The translations under genes and the position numbers were made by a program. DNA of 64,000 bases from Dehalococcoidia bacterium (lineage in GTDB: Bacteria > Chloroflexota > Dehalococcoidia > UBA2979), in NCBI GenBank assembly GCA_965219085.1, contig OZ244720.1, positions 3,072,001 to 3,136,000 of the forward strand, written 5' to 3'. The notes under the pieces are model-generated. The model was given only the letters and a program-made list of their open reading frames with translations. It was not told the origin of the DNA and did no database searches. Shown here piece by piece: positions 12,393 to 21,874 of the stretch (its first letter is position 1; each line of letters begins with the position of its first letter).

Positions 12393-12438
12393 TGTAGTGT
12401 CCCGGGACACTACAGGTGTAACGTCTGTGGACGTTACA
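12393..12438. mobile_element. 46-bp IS481-like miniature element made of two 22-bp TGT..ACA palindromes
   Basis: TGTAGTGTCCCGGGACACTACA-GG-TGTAACGTCTGTGGACGTTACA; CCTAGG on the left, and on the right once the IS110 is removed. Confidence 0.6.
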
Positions 12439-12459
12439 CCTGATATGGAGTGACCGGCT

Positions 12460-12760
12460 GTCAAGCAGCACCGGCGGTGGTCGTGGCGATCCGGCTCCGG
12501 AACGGGGGGAGATGGACGAACGAGGGCGCTGCTTCGACGACGTGTCACTCTGATATTCGCGGGTTGCCTGTGGCCTTGCCGCATGACCGTGCTTCGCCGG
12601 GAGGGGTCGCCGTCTAGCATCGCGGGTTGACGGCGCCGGGCGCCGCTGCCGCATAGGTGTACCGCGCATCCTCCTGAGCCTGCCCTCGCTCATCCATCCT
12701 CTCCTGCTCCGGAACGGCGTACCGCCGTCTCCGCCCTCGCCGCGGACCGGGCGCGTTGTA
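12460..12760 (-). ncRNA. Predicted bridge/seek RNA region of the IS1111-type element (limits approximate)
   Basis: Two loops sharing ATGCGGCA..CAACCCGCGA, carrying segments that match the target and the donor junction. Confidence 0.75.
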
Positions 12761-13933
12761 TCAGGCCGCCGCCTGCTCCCGGGCGCCGGCCTTCGGCTCT
12801 CCCGCGGATGCGGGGATACGCCGCAGCACCGCCCACAGGTAGCCCGCAAGTTCGCGGGCGACGGCGGTGTTCGCCACGACCGACGGCTTGCCGTGAGCGG
12901 CCAGCCGCCGGTGGCGGCGATAGAGCCGGGTCTGCGCCCGGTCGGCCAGCACCACGGCCCAGCCCGGCTGGCCCTCCCGCCGCTTGCGCAGGGCTGCGCC
13001 GACCCGCGGCGGGTGGCGGTAGTGCCAGGCGCTCTCCACCAGGATGCGGCGCACGTGGCTGTTCCCTGTCTTCGTGATCGGCCCCCGCCGCTGGCGCGCC
13101 CCGCTGCTGTGCTCGCTCGGCGTCAGCCCGAGGTAGGACATCAGCTGCCGGGCGCTGCCGAAGCGCGTGACGTCGCCGAGTTCGGCCAGCACCGTCATCG
13201 CCGTCACCGTGTCGACCCCGCGGAAGCAGCGCAGCAGCCCCACCGCCTCGCGGTAGTCGTCGCTGGCGGCACACGCGGCCAGTTCCTGCTCCAGCGTGCG
13301 CAGCCGCTCCTCCACGCCCTCGAGCGCGCGCAGGTAGTCGTCGAAGGTGGCCTGCGCGGCCGGGTGTTCGAAGCGCAGCGTCAGCAGCCAGCGGCGGTGC
13401 CGCAGCGTCCAGTTCCGCCCGTCGTAGGCGATGCCGCGCCGCAGCAGCAGCTTCGCCAGGCGGTGGCGCGCCCGCGTGCGGTCGGTCACGGCGTCCTCGC
13501 GCGCCCGGCAGAGGTCGCGCACCGCCTCCTGGTCGATGGTCGGGGGATGCACCGCCGTGAGCAGGTCCGCGCGCAGCAGCTCGGCGAGCTTCCGTGCGTC
13601 GCGACGGTCGGTCTTGACGCGGTCGCCGGGTCGCCTGGGGATCAGCGCCGGGGCGATCACCCGGCATTCGACGCCCTCGGCCTCCAGCCGGCGCTGCAGC
13701 GCGAAGCCGCCCGGCCCGGCCTCGTAGCAGGCCACGAGCGGCCCCGGCGCCATGCGCCGCAGGCGCTGCGCGAGCCGCTTCACCGCCTTCGGCTCGTTCG
13801 CCAGCTGCCACTCCTCGGGCCGCTCGGCCCCCGGCGCCAGCACCGCCACGTGGATCGCCCGCGCGTGTGCATCCATCCCTGCGTATGTGGTAGTCATCTT
13901 CCTGACCGGCTCCTTTCGCATGCGGCTCTGCAT
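12761..13933 (-). CDS. IS110 family recombinase/transposase (start may be 13897)
   Basis: GMDAH, CYEAGP, VKTDRRDA (DEDD), GLTPSEHSSG, GPITKTGN. Confidence 0.96.
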   Translation of the reverse strand: MQSRMRKEPVRKMTTTYAGMDAHARAIHVAVLAPGAERPEEWQLANEPKAVKRLAQRLRRMAPGPLVACYEAGPGGFALQRRLEAEGVECRVIAPALIPRRPGDRVKTDRRDARKLAELLRADLLTAVHPPTIDQEAVRDLCRAREDAVTDRTRARHRLAKLLLRRGIAYDGRNWTLRHRRWLLTLRFEHPAAQATFDDYLRALEGVEERLRTLEQELAACAASDDYREAVGLLRCFRGVDTVTAMTVLAELGDVTRFGSARQLMSYLGLTPSEHSSGARQRRGPITKTGNSHVRRILVESAWHYRHPPRVGAALRKRREGQPGWAVVLADRAQTRLYRRHRRLAAHGKPSVVANTAVARELAGYLWAVLRRIPASAGEPKAGAREQAAA

Positions 13934-13992
13934 GCCTCGCGTCTGTAACCCGCGAGTTTGCGAACTCGGAGCCGGTCACTCCATACGGTCTA

Positions 13993-15171
13993 GGGATGGT
14001 CTGATCAGGTGGCGTGTCGGGCGCGGTGGGTATCGATCAGCGTGCCGAGCCGCGCTGCGGGGGGGCGATGCCGCGGTTCAGGGGGCGATCCCGCTCCCAT
14101 TCCGCTGCGGGATCGCCCGCACGAGCGATTCCGGACGCAGCGCTCCCGCGATCAGGCGAGTTGAGGCTCGGCTCGCAACAGGTTCGTGAAGCCGAGCAGC
14201 AGCATGAGACGCTGGCGGTTCTTCTCAAGACCCCGGTAGCGGACCTGCGCGTACCCGAAGTGCCGCTTCACGTAGAGAAACGGATGCTCAGCCTTGGCGC
14301 GCACCGAGGCCTTGCGCCGCTCCGCCTGCGCCTCCTCGCCCCCCGGCGCCAGCTGCCGCCTGAGACCCGGGCGCAGCGCCACCTGCCAGCTCACCTCCGA
14401 CCCCGCGTGCTCCGGGCGCTTCTCCACTCCCTGGTAGCCGGCGTCGCCCCACGCCTCCGTCTCGCCCCCGTGCAAGAGGCGATGCGCCTCGGTCACGTCG
14501 GAGACGTTCGCCGCCGTCGTGCTCACGCTGTGGACCAGCCCCGTCCGCGCATCCGTGCCGGTGTGCAGCTTCATCCCGAAGTACCACTGCCGGCCCTTGC
14601 TGGTCTGGTGCATCTCGGGGTCGCGCGCACGCTCGCGGTTCTTCGTCGATGACGGCGCGCTGATGATCGTGGAGTCCACGATCGTGCCCTCGCGCACCTG
14701 CAGACCCTGCCGTGCCAGGTGCGCGTTGATCGTCGCGAACAGCGCCGTTCCCAGCTGATGGCGCTCCAGCAGGTGGCGGAAGTTGAGGATCGTCGTCTCA
14801 TCGGGAATCGGCTCGGAGAGGCTGAGACCGGCGAACTCGAGCATCGAGCGGGAGTCGTAGAGTTCCTGCTCCATGCCGGGGTCGCTGAGGTTGAACCAGA
14901 GCTGCAGGCAGTGGATGCGCAGCATCACGCGCAGCGCGTAGGGGCGGCGTCCGCGGCCGCGCTTCGGGTAGACGGGCGCGATGCGCTGCTCCAGCTCAGC
15001 CCAGGGGACGAGCCCGTCCATGCGCTCGAGGAACGCCTGCCGCCTCGTCTTGACCTTCTTGTGCTCGTACTCGACGCTGCCGAACGAACGCTGCTGCATG
15101 GGCCGCCCCTCTCCGGGTCGCCCCATGATCGCATCTGCTCACCCGCTCAGGCGAGTTGTTCAGACCATCCC
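13993..15171 (-). mobile_element. IS5 family element, copy A1
   Basis: TIR GGGATGGTCTGA/TCAGACCATCCC, flanked by CTAG. Confidence 0.93.
14152..15099 (-). CDS. IS5 family transposase
   Basis: IPDETTILNFRHLLE, IVDSTII, WYFGMKLH, GDAGYQG, RAKAEHPF. Confidence 0.96.
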   Translation of the reverse strand: MQQRSFGSVEYEHKKVKTRRQAFLERMDGLVPWAELEQRIAPVYPKRGRGRRPYALRVMLRIHCLQLWFNLSDPGMEQELYDSRSMLEFAGLSLSEPIPDETTILNFRHLLERHQLGTALFATINAHLARQGLQVREGTIVDSTIISAPSSTKNRERARDPEMHQTSKGRQWYFGMKLHTGTDARTGLVHSVSTTAANVSDVTEAHRLLHGGETEAWGDAGYQGVEKRPEHAGSEVSWQVALRPGLRRQLAPGGEEAQAERRKASVRAKAEHPFLYVKRHFGYAQVRYRGLEKNRQRLMLLLGFTNLLRAEPQLA

Positions 15172-15173
15172 TA

Positions 15174-16352
15174 GTGTCCTGAGTTGTTAACGCGATAAAC
15201 AAGTGGGTATGATGTTGGTACAGCGGGGTGTTGCCCGTGTGGGGCAGACGCTGGAGTGTCATGAGTACCCGACTTGGCCGGCCGACGGTGGCGGTTGTAC
15301 TGAGCGACGATGAGCGTGAGACGCTGGAACGGTGGGCGCGCCGACCGACATCAGCTCAGGCGTTGGCGCTGCGCTGCCGGATCGTGCTTGCTGCGGCAGA
15401 AGGGACCCCGAATACCGAGATCGCCGCGGCGCTTGGTTGCCATCCGGTGACCGCGGGCAAATGGCGCAGACGCTTTGCGCAGCGGCGGCTCGATGGACTG
15501 AGCGATGAGCCGCGCCCCGGGGCGCCGCGCACGATCACCGATGCACAGGTGGAAGCGGTGATCGTCAAGACGCTGGAGGAGCAGCCTCCCAACGCGACGC
15601 ACTGGTCGACCAGATCGATGGCAGCCGCGCTCGGGATGTCGCAGTCGGCGATCTCCAGGATCTGGCGCGCCTTCGGCCTGAAGCCGCACCTCGTGGAGAG
15701 CTTCAAGCTGTCGCCCGACCCGCAGTTCATCGACAAGGTCCGTGACGTGGCCGGGCTCTATCTCAACCCGCCCGACGCGGCGGTTGTGCTGTGCGTGGAC
15801 GAGAAGACCCAGATCCAGGCACTCGACCGCACCGCCCCGATGCTGCCGATGATGCCGAGCGTTCCGCGACGCCAGACCCACGACTACGTCCGTCACGGCA
15901 CCACCAATCTCTACGCGGCGCTTGACGCCGCCTCGGGCCACGTGATCGCGGACATGACCCCGCGACACCGTGCCCGGGAGTTCAAGCAGTTCCTCACCCT
16001 CATCGACCGCAGCGTGCCCGACGCACTCGCGGTGCATATCGTGTTGGACAACGTCGCCACGCACCGCACCCCGGAGATCCAGCGCTGGCTCCGGCGTCAT
16101 CCCCGGTTCACGTTTCATTTCACCCCGACCTACAGCTCCTGGATGAACCTCGTGGAGCGCTGGTTCGCGGAGCTCACCACCAAATGGCTCAGGCGCGGCA
16201 CTCATCACGGCGTCGCTGACCTGATCCGTGCAGTGGAGGCCTGGGTCGCCGACTGGAACGAGCACCCGCGCCCCTTCATCTGGCACAAGACCGCCGACCA
16301 AATCTTCGACAACCTCACCGGATATCTCAATCGCATTCCCAACTCAGGACAC
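15174..16352 (+). mobile_element. IS630 family element
   Basis: TIR GTGTCCTGAGTT/AACTCAGGACAC, TA duplication within CTAG. Confidence 0.93.
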
Positions 16353-16355
16353 TAG
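15261..16355 (+). CDS. IS630 family transposase
   Basis: HWSTRSMA, VDEKTQIQAL, LDNVATH, SSWMNLVERWF. Confidence 0.96.
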   Translation: MSTRLGRPTVAVVLSDDERETLERWARRPTSAQALALRCRIVLAAAEGTPNTEIAAALGCHPVTAGKWRRRFAQRRLDGLSDEPRPGAPRTITDAQVEAVIVKTLEEQPPNATHWSTRSMAAALGMSQSAISRIWRAFGLKPHLVESFKLSPDPQFIDKVRDVAGLYLNPPDAAVVLCVDEKTQIQALDRTAPMLPMMPSVPRRQTHDYVRHGTTNLYAALDAASGHVIADMTPRHRAREFKQFLTLIDRSVPDALAVHIVLDNVATHRTPEIQRWLRRHPRFTFHFTPTYSSWMNLVERWFAELTTKWLRRGTHHGVADLIRAVEAWVADWNEHPRPFIWHKTADQIFDNLTGYLNRIPNSGH

Positions 16356-17055
16356 CAGGGTGCTGAAAAAGGGGCGGTCGTCTGGCAGGATAGGACTGGC
16401 GGCGGGGGCGTAGCCTGGAGGCAGCCCCATGCGAGGCGACGCTGAGCGTCAGACCAACATGTTGCTGGCGGTGACGCCGGACTCCTTCATCCCCGGCGAC
16501 CACCCGATTCGCCGCATCAAGCCGATCGTCGATGCCGCGCTGCGGCGGCTCTCGCCGCTGTTCGACACGATGTACGCAACGAGCGGGCGGCCCTCGATCC
16601 CGCCCGAGCACCTGCTCAAGGCGAGCCTGTTGATCGCGCTCTACTCGATCCGCAGCGAGCGCCAGTTCTGCGAGCGGCTGCGCTACGACCTGCTGTTCAA
16701 GTGGTTCTTGGACCTCAACATCTCAGACGAGCCGTTCGACGCCTCGAGCTTCTCCAAGAACCGCGAGCGCCTGCTCGCTGCCGATGTCGCGCGCGCCTTC
16801 TTCGCAGAGGTGGTGGCCGAGGCAAAGCGCCGCCGGCTGCTCTCCGCCGACCACTTCACGGTGGACGGGACGCTGCTGGAGGCCTGGGCCTCGCTCAAGA
16901 GCTACCGCTCGCGCGACGAGCAAGAGCCGCCGCCAGGCGGCGGGCGTAACCCGGACGTGGACTTCCGCGGGCGGAGGCGCAGCCGCGATACGCATAGTTC
17001 CGGCACCGACCCGCAGGCGCGGCTGTACACGAAGACACCCCAGGACGCTAAGGGG

Positions 17056-18279
17056 TCAAGCAGCGAGGTCCTCGTGGGTGTAACGGTGTCCCCAGGCGGT
17101 CGTCTCGTCGTAGGGCAAGCGGCGCTTCAGGCAGCCATGTAGGTAGCCGACGAGACGGTTGCCGAGGGCGCGGAGCGCCTGGTGGTGGAGGTCGCCCGCG
17201 GCGCGCCGCCGATCGTAGAACTCGCGGCAGCCGGGGCTGGCCTGCAGGGAGCACAGCGCCCACTGGTCGACTGCGTCGTAGAGGCGCCGGTTGCGGACGA
17301 AGCGGGCTTTCACGGTGTGCTTGCGGCCGGATGCTACCGTCAGCGGCGACGTGCCGGCGTAGTTCCTGCGGGACTTCGCCGACTCGTAGCGTTCGGGGTC
17401 ATCCCCGAACTCGCCAAGCACCCGGGCGCCGAGGACCACGCCGAGACCGGGCAGGGAACGGTAGATACCGGCGTCCGGGTGCTGCTCAAAATGGCTCGCG
17501 AGCTCGGCCTCGAGCTCCTTGATCTGACGGTTGATCTCGCCGATCACCCTCATTGCCGCACTGGTGCTCGCGGCGAATGCCTTGCTCACCGCGGGCGGAG
17601 CCTCGAGCTGCGGTGAGCGCAGCGCGTCGCGGACCTCGGCGGCGCGCCGCTCGATGTTGCGCCGGCGGCCGCCGCGGCGCAGCGCGGAGCGGATCTGGGT
17701 GATGCTCAGCCGCGCCGCCTCGCGCGGGCCAGGCGCTGTCGCCAGCACGCCCACCGCGTCGTCGTGCGCGAGGTCGGGGAAGGCCTCCAGCGCACCCGGA
17801 AAGTACTCCCTGAGCGCGTTGCGCAGCCGGTTGGTCTGGCGGACGCGGTCCCAGATCAACTGCTGGTGGGCGCGGGCGAGGATGCGCACCGCGGCGGCTT
17901 CGTCGCTGTCGCCGGCGACCTCCCGGTGGTTGTGCCGGTCGGTGCGGACGAGGTCGGCGAGCAGCTTCGCGTCGCCGGCGTCGGACTTGGCGCCGCCGAC
18001 GTGGTGGCGGTCGCGGTAACGCGACGCCGAGCGCGGGTTGATGGCGTAGACGTGGTAGCCGGCCGCGAGCAGTGCCGCGACCCAGGGGCCGCGGTCCGTC
18101 TCGATGCCGACGATCACCTCACCCGGCCCTGAGGCGTACCCGGCGACCAGTCCGTGCAGGGCAGTGATGCCCTCCACCCCTTCGGGCAGACGCCGGGCGG
18201 CGAGCCGCTCGCCCGCGTCGTTCATGAGATGGACGTCGTGGTGGTCTTCGGACCAGTCATCGCCCAGGTACAAGGCCAT
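17056..18279 (-). CDS. IS110 family recombinase/transposase
   Basis: GDDWSEDHHD, GIET, AKSDAGDA, YAGTSPLTVASG. Confidence 0.95.
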   Translation of the reverse strand: MALYLGDDWSEDHHDVHLMNDAGERLAARRLPEGVEGITALHGLVAGYASGPGEVIVGIETDRGPWVAALLAAGYHVYAINPRSASRYRDRHHVGGAKSDAGDAKLLADLVRTDRHNHREVAGDSDEAAAVRILARAHQQLIWDRVRQTNRLRNALREYFPGALEAFPDLAHDDAVGVLATAPGPREAARLSITQIRSALRRGGRRRNIERRAAEVRDALRSPQLEAPPAVSKAFAASTSAAMRVIGEINRQIKELEAELASHFEQHPDAGIYRSLPGLGVVLGARVLGEFGDDPERYESAKSRRNYAGTSPLTVASGRKHTVKARFVRNRRLYDAVDQWALCSLQASPGCREFYDRRRAAGDLHHQALRALGNRLVGYLHGCLKRRLPYDETTAWGHRYTHEDLAA

Positions 18280-18289
18280 CGTGTTTCAG

Positions 18290-18520
18290 TTCCTCTCCCG
18301 CTTCGCGCTGCTCGGTGCGACCCGGCGGGTTGGTTCCTGCGACGGCCTAATGGATCAGTGCTCGATGGCACGACACCCCATGAGTGCTGCAGAACAACCC
18401 GGAATACCAGCAGGGGCTCGGTCTTCGTGAAGCGGTCCAGAAGCCGCAGGGATCAGCTGAGAGCTCACCGGCTGGCAGGGTCCAGAACCAGTCTGCCAGA
18501 GAACCTCTGGCCGCTGGTCG
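18290..18520 (-). ncRNA. Predicted bridge RNA region of the nested IS110 (limits approximate)
   Basis: Four segments match left/right target and left/right donor in canonical order. Confidence 0.78.
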
Positions 18521-18780
18521 GGCCCCATTAGGGGTCGGGGCAGACGGCGAAACTGAGCTACATGGGCCATCTGCTGACCGAGAACCGCCACGGCCTGGTG
18601 CTGGACGTGGAGTTGACCGAGGCGAACGGGTACGCCGAGCGCGAGGCGGCGGTCACGATGCTGGAGCGCAGCGTGAGCGGCTGCGGGACGCTGGGCGCCG
18701 ACCGCGGCTACGACACGCGCGACTTCGTGGCGGAACTGCGCGCTCGCGGCGTGACGCCGCACGTGGCGCAAAACGACCGC

Positions 18781-20145
18781 GGTCACGTCCCTGCAAGTGG
18801 TGTAACAGCACCATCCTGATCATTTGCTAGCTGGCGGTCTGCAGTAGCACCTCCTCGCCTGAGGCGACCTCGGCCACGGCCGCCGGCAGCGGCTGCAGCA
18901 TCGTCATGTAGCGCCGCCCCTCCGCCCACTCGTCGTGCTGCTCGGCGAGCACGGCGCCGACCAGCCGCACGACGGCGGCACGGTTGGGGAAGATGCCGAC
19001 GACGTTGGTGCGCCGCCGGATCTCCTTGTTGAGCCGTTCCAGCGGGTTGTTCGACCAGACCTGCCGCCAGTGGGCGACCGGGAAGGCGGTGAATGCCAGG
19101 ATCTCCGGGTCGGCGTCGGCGAGCAGCGCCGCGGCTTCGGGGAAGCGCTCGGCGAGCTGCTCCACCACGCGGGCGTGTTGGGCCTGCACCTCGGCCGCCG
19201 AGGACTGCTCGTAGATCGTCCGCACCGTCGTCGCCACCAGCTTCTCGGCGCTCTTCGGCACCCGGGTCAGCAGGTTGCGCATGAAGTGCGTGCGGCAGCG
19301 CTGCCAGGAGGCGCCGGCGAAGACCGTCGCGATCGCCGCCCGCAGTCCCTGGTGGGCGTCCGAGGTCACGAGCTCGACCCCGGACAGGCCGCGCGCCACG
19401 AGGCCGCGCAGGAAGCCCAGCCAGAACGCCCCGTCCTCGGAGGTGCCGACGTCGATGCCCAGCAGCTCGCGCTTGCCGGAGGCGTTGACGGCGGTGGCGA
19501 CGACGACGCTCACCTGCACGACGCGGCCCTCCTCGCGCACGAGCTGGGTGAGCGCGTCGAGCCAGAGGTAGCGGTAGGGGCCTGAGTCGAGGGGCCGCTC
19601 GAGGAAGCTCGAGACGACCTCGTCGAGTTCAGCGCACATGCGCGAGACCTGGCTCTTGGAGATGCCGTCGCAGCCGAGCGAGCGCACGAGGTCGTCGACG
19701 CGGCGCGTCGAAACGCCCTCGACGTAGGCCTGCGTGACCACGGATACCAGGGCGCGCTCTGAGCGCCGCCGCGGCTCGAGCAGCGAGGGGAAGTAGCTGC
19801 CCTCGCGCAGCTTCGGGATGCCCAGTTCGATCGTGCCCACGCGCGTGTCCCAGCGCCGCGGCCGGTAGCCGTTGCGCCGGGTCAGGCGCGTCTCGCTGCG
19901 CTCGCCGTGAGCGGCGCCGATCTGCGCCGAGACCTCGGCGTCCATCACCGCCTGGGCGAGCAGCGCGACCGCCTCGCGCAGGAAGTCGAGGTCAGCTCCG
20001 TCCGTCTGCTTGCGCAGCAGTTCCAACAAGTCCACGCTCTCCTTGACCACAGTCGTCCTCCTCCACGTGACTCTTCTTCTTGTGAAGGATGGCGCTGTGG
20101 TCTCCTACGTCTACCTCCTGTGACACCACTTCCTGGGACGCTACT
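18781..20145 (-). mobile_element. IS256 family element
   Basis: Imperfect ~26-bp TIRs; 8-bp TSD ACGACCGC at 18773-18780 and 20146-20153. Confidence 0.92.
18827..20050 (-). CDS. IS256 family transposase
   Basis: RNGYR, IPKLREGSYFP, SDAHQGL, WQRCRTHF, NPLERLNKEIRRR. Confidence 0.96.
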   Translation of the reverse strand: MVKESVDLLELLRKQTDGADLDFLREAVALLAQAVMDAEVSAQIGAAHGERSETRLTRRNGYRPRRWDTRVGTIELGIPKLREGSYFPSLLEPRRRSERALVSVVTQAYVEGVSTRRVDDLVRSLGCDGISKSQVSRMCAELDEVVSSFLERPLDSGPYRYLWLDALTQLVREEGRVVQVSVVVATAVNASGKRELLGIDVGTSEDGAFWLGFLRGLVARGLSGVELVTSDAHQGLRAAIATVFAGASWQRCRTHFMRNLLTRVPKSAEKLVATTVRTIYEQSSAAEVQAQHARVVEQLAERFPEAAALLADADPEILAFTAFPVAHWRQVWSNNPLERLNKEIRRRTNVVGIFPNRAAVVRLVGAVLAEQHDEWAEGRRYMTMLQPLPAAVAEVASGEEVLLQTAS

Positions 20146-20649
20146 ACGACCGCGGCCGCCGCAGCGCCGTGGATGGGCGCACCACGCGGCATCGCGGCTA
20201 CAGGCAGAGTCAGAAGCGACGCAAGATCGTGGAGCAGGTCTTCGGCTGGATGAAGACCGTGGGCGGCGGGCGCAAGCTGCGTTTCGTGGGCCGCGAGCGC
20301 AACCGCTGTTGGCTGGAGCTCACCGCCGCCGCCTACAACCTCGTGCGCATGGCCAGGCTCGGAGACCGCCGCGGCGTAGGCGCAGTGCGCCCTCCGCCCC
20401 GCCAGGGAGCCCTCAGAGGCCCCCGGGGGCCGGTCAGGAGGCCACGATCACGAACCCGGAGGCGGCCTCAAGCCGCCTCTCGCCACTCCGAGACCCCGGA
20501 AGGCGCTTCTTCAGCACCCTGCTAGCCGATATGCCGCCGCACGAGCCGCCCGGAACGCAGGCCGGAGGCGGTCCCTGCGCGCGACCGCGATCACGGCGGT
20601 CCTGGGTGCGCTCGCTTTCGCGTTTGCGCTGTGGGGAGTGCTGCCGGTA

Positions 20650-20910
20650 TCGGGTAACCGCCACGCTTGCCGAAGACCGCGGCGTGAGCCTTTGCTGGAC
20701 CGCTCCGGCGGAGGACGCTGACAGCGTCAAGCGGCTACGAGATCCTGCGCGCGGTGGGCGAGGGCGAACTGACCACCCTCGTGGCCGACACCCGGTCCAC
20801 CGCGACCGCATACACGGACGTTACCGCGACCGAGGCCGGGGTGAACTACGCCTACCGCGTGATCGCCCTGCGCGACGGGGTGAAGGGCCAACAGCAGTCG
20901 AACAAGACAT
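20650..20910 (+). pseudogene. Isolated fibronectin type III domain remnant
   Basis: VSLCWTAPAEDADSV / GYEILR..TAYTDVTATEAGVNYAYRVIALR, with a frameshift. Confidence 0.7.
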
Positions 20911-21874
20911 CGGTCGACCCTGTTCGCGGGCACACGCCTGGTGGTTCTCGCTGATGGCAGCGAAGTGGCCCTTGATGTTTATCGAGGCCCGTTGAAGCAG
21001 ACGAAACTCGACCTCGTGGCTCCGGACGACCGTCTGGCACGCCGCGGAAGCAGGCGACGGTCACCGTATCCAGTGCACCCGCGCATGTTGTAGCTGTAGA
21101 CCTTGTCGTCGCTCGCGTCGGCGACGTACATGGCGCATCGGCCAGACCCAACCCGTGCAGGTCGGCGTCCTCCGCCGGAGCGGTCCAGCTCAGGCTCGTC
21201 TTCATTGGCCTACCGGAACAACCTGTATGCACCCACAGAGTAAGTCGGCGCAAAGGATGCAAGTCGTGCAGGTTGGCTGTGCGTGCATGACCCGGCGGCC
21301 GTAGCGCGAAGCGACCGCCAGAGCAAACGTACCTGTCCCGGTTGCAGAAGGGCTCACCCCGGAGCAAACAAACTTGCCTCTCCGTTGTGTCGCTCGGCAC
21401 TTACGAGCTAGGTCGAGAGATCGTGAAGATGTAACGAGAATCGCGACAAGATCGTCCTGCGGCGGATGGCGGCCGTCCCCATTCCGGGCCGCAACGGGGA
21501 AGCATCGACCTTGCGCTTGGCGGACCAGTTCCTGGTGCCTGAAGCGAACGCCGCGGGGCTGCGCTTGCCCATTGCGGCAACGGCCGAACTGGCGCCCGCC
21601 CCCGATGCTTGTCCCGGTCCTGACCGGGGGTGAGTCATGATCGGCTCCCGGCGTCCTTGCGCCGCTCCCGCTGGTGCTCACCGGACTGGCGGCCCTCGCC
21701 GGCCTGGTGTTCATCCCCTGAGTTGTCCAGGCCCAAGCCAGGAGCTGACCGCTACCGCGGCCGCCACTCGCGCCAAAGCTTGCCGAACCCGGGGCGGGAC
21801 AAGGACGTGGTGGTGCGTTCCAGTCCCCGTCGGGAGCCCAAAGCGAGCCGCGATCAGGGGCTGCGGCTGAACCC

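Larger units (their letters stand above)
12440..13991 (-). mobile_element. IS110 family element, IS1111-type (sub-terminal IRs, 3' non-coding region)
   Basis: 16-bp IR TATGGAGTGACCGGCT at 12444-12459 and 13970-13985; CT core at 12440-12441 and 13990-13991. Confidence 0.9.
17033..18531 (-). mobile_element. IS110 family element (IS110-type, 5' non-coding region)
   Basis: AG (CT on minus) core at 17033-17034 and 18530-18531; excision restores the host reading frame. Confidence 0.88.
16429..20379 (+). pseudogene. IS5 family transposase split into three pieces (16429-17034, 18532-18780, 20154-~20379)
   Basis: Removing the inserts restores ..RLYTK-GSGQTAKLSYMGH..ADRGYD..QNDR-GRRSAVDGRTTRH..VEQVFGWMK. 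Confidence 0.9.
16356..20521 (+). mobile_element. IS5 family element B, carrying nested IS110 and IS256
   Basis: TIR CAGGGTGCTGAA/TTCAGCACCCTG, CTAG on both sides. Confidence 0.9.

Noticed and set aside
17039-18536. Alternative IS110 boundaries restoring KTPGQ
   Set aside because: The AG/CT-core boundaries restore KGSGQ, match all four guide segments and yield a junction promoter
21083-21224. CRISPR-like spacer array
   Set aside because: Spacer-sized fragments, but no repeat separates them
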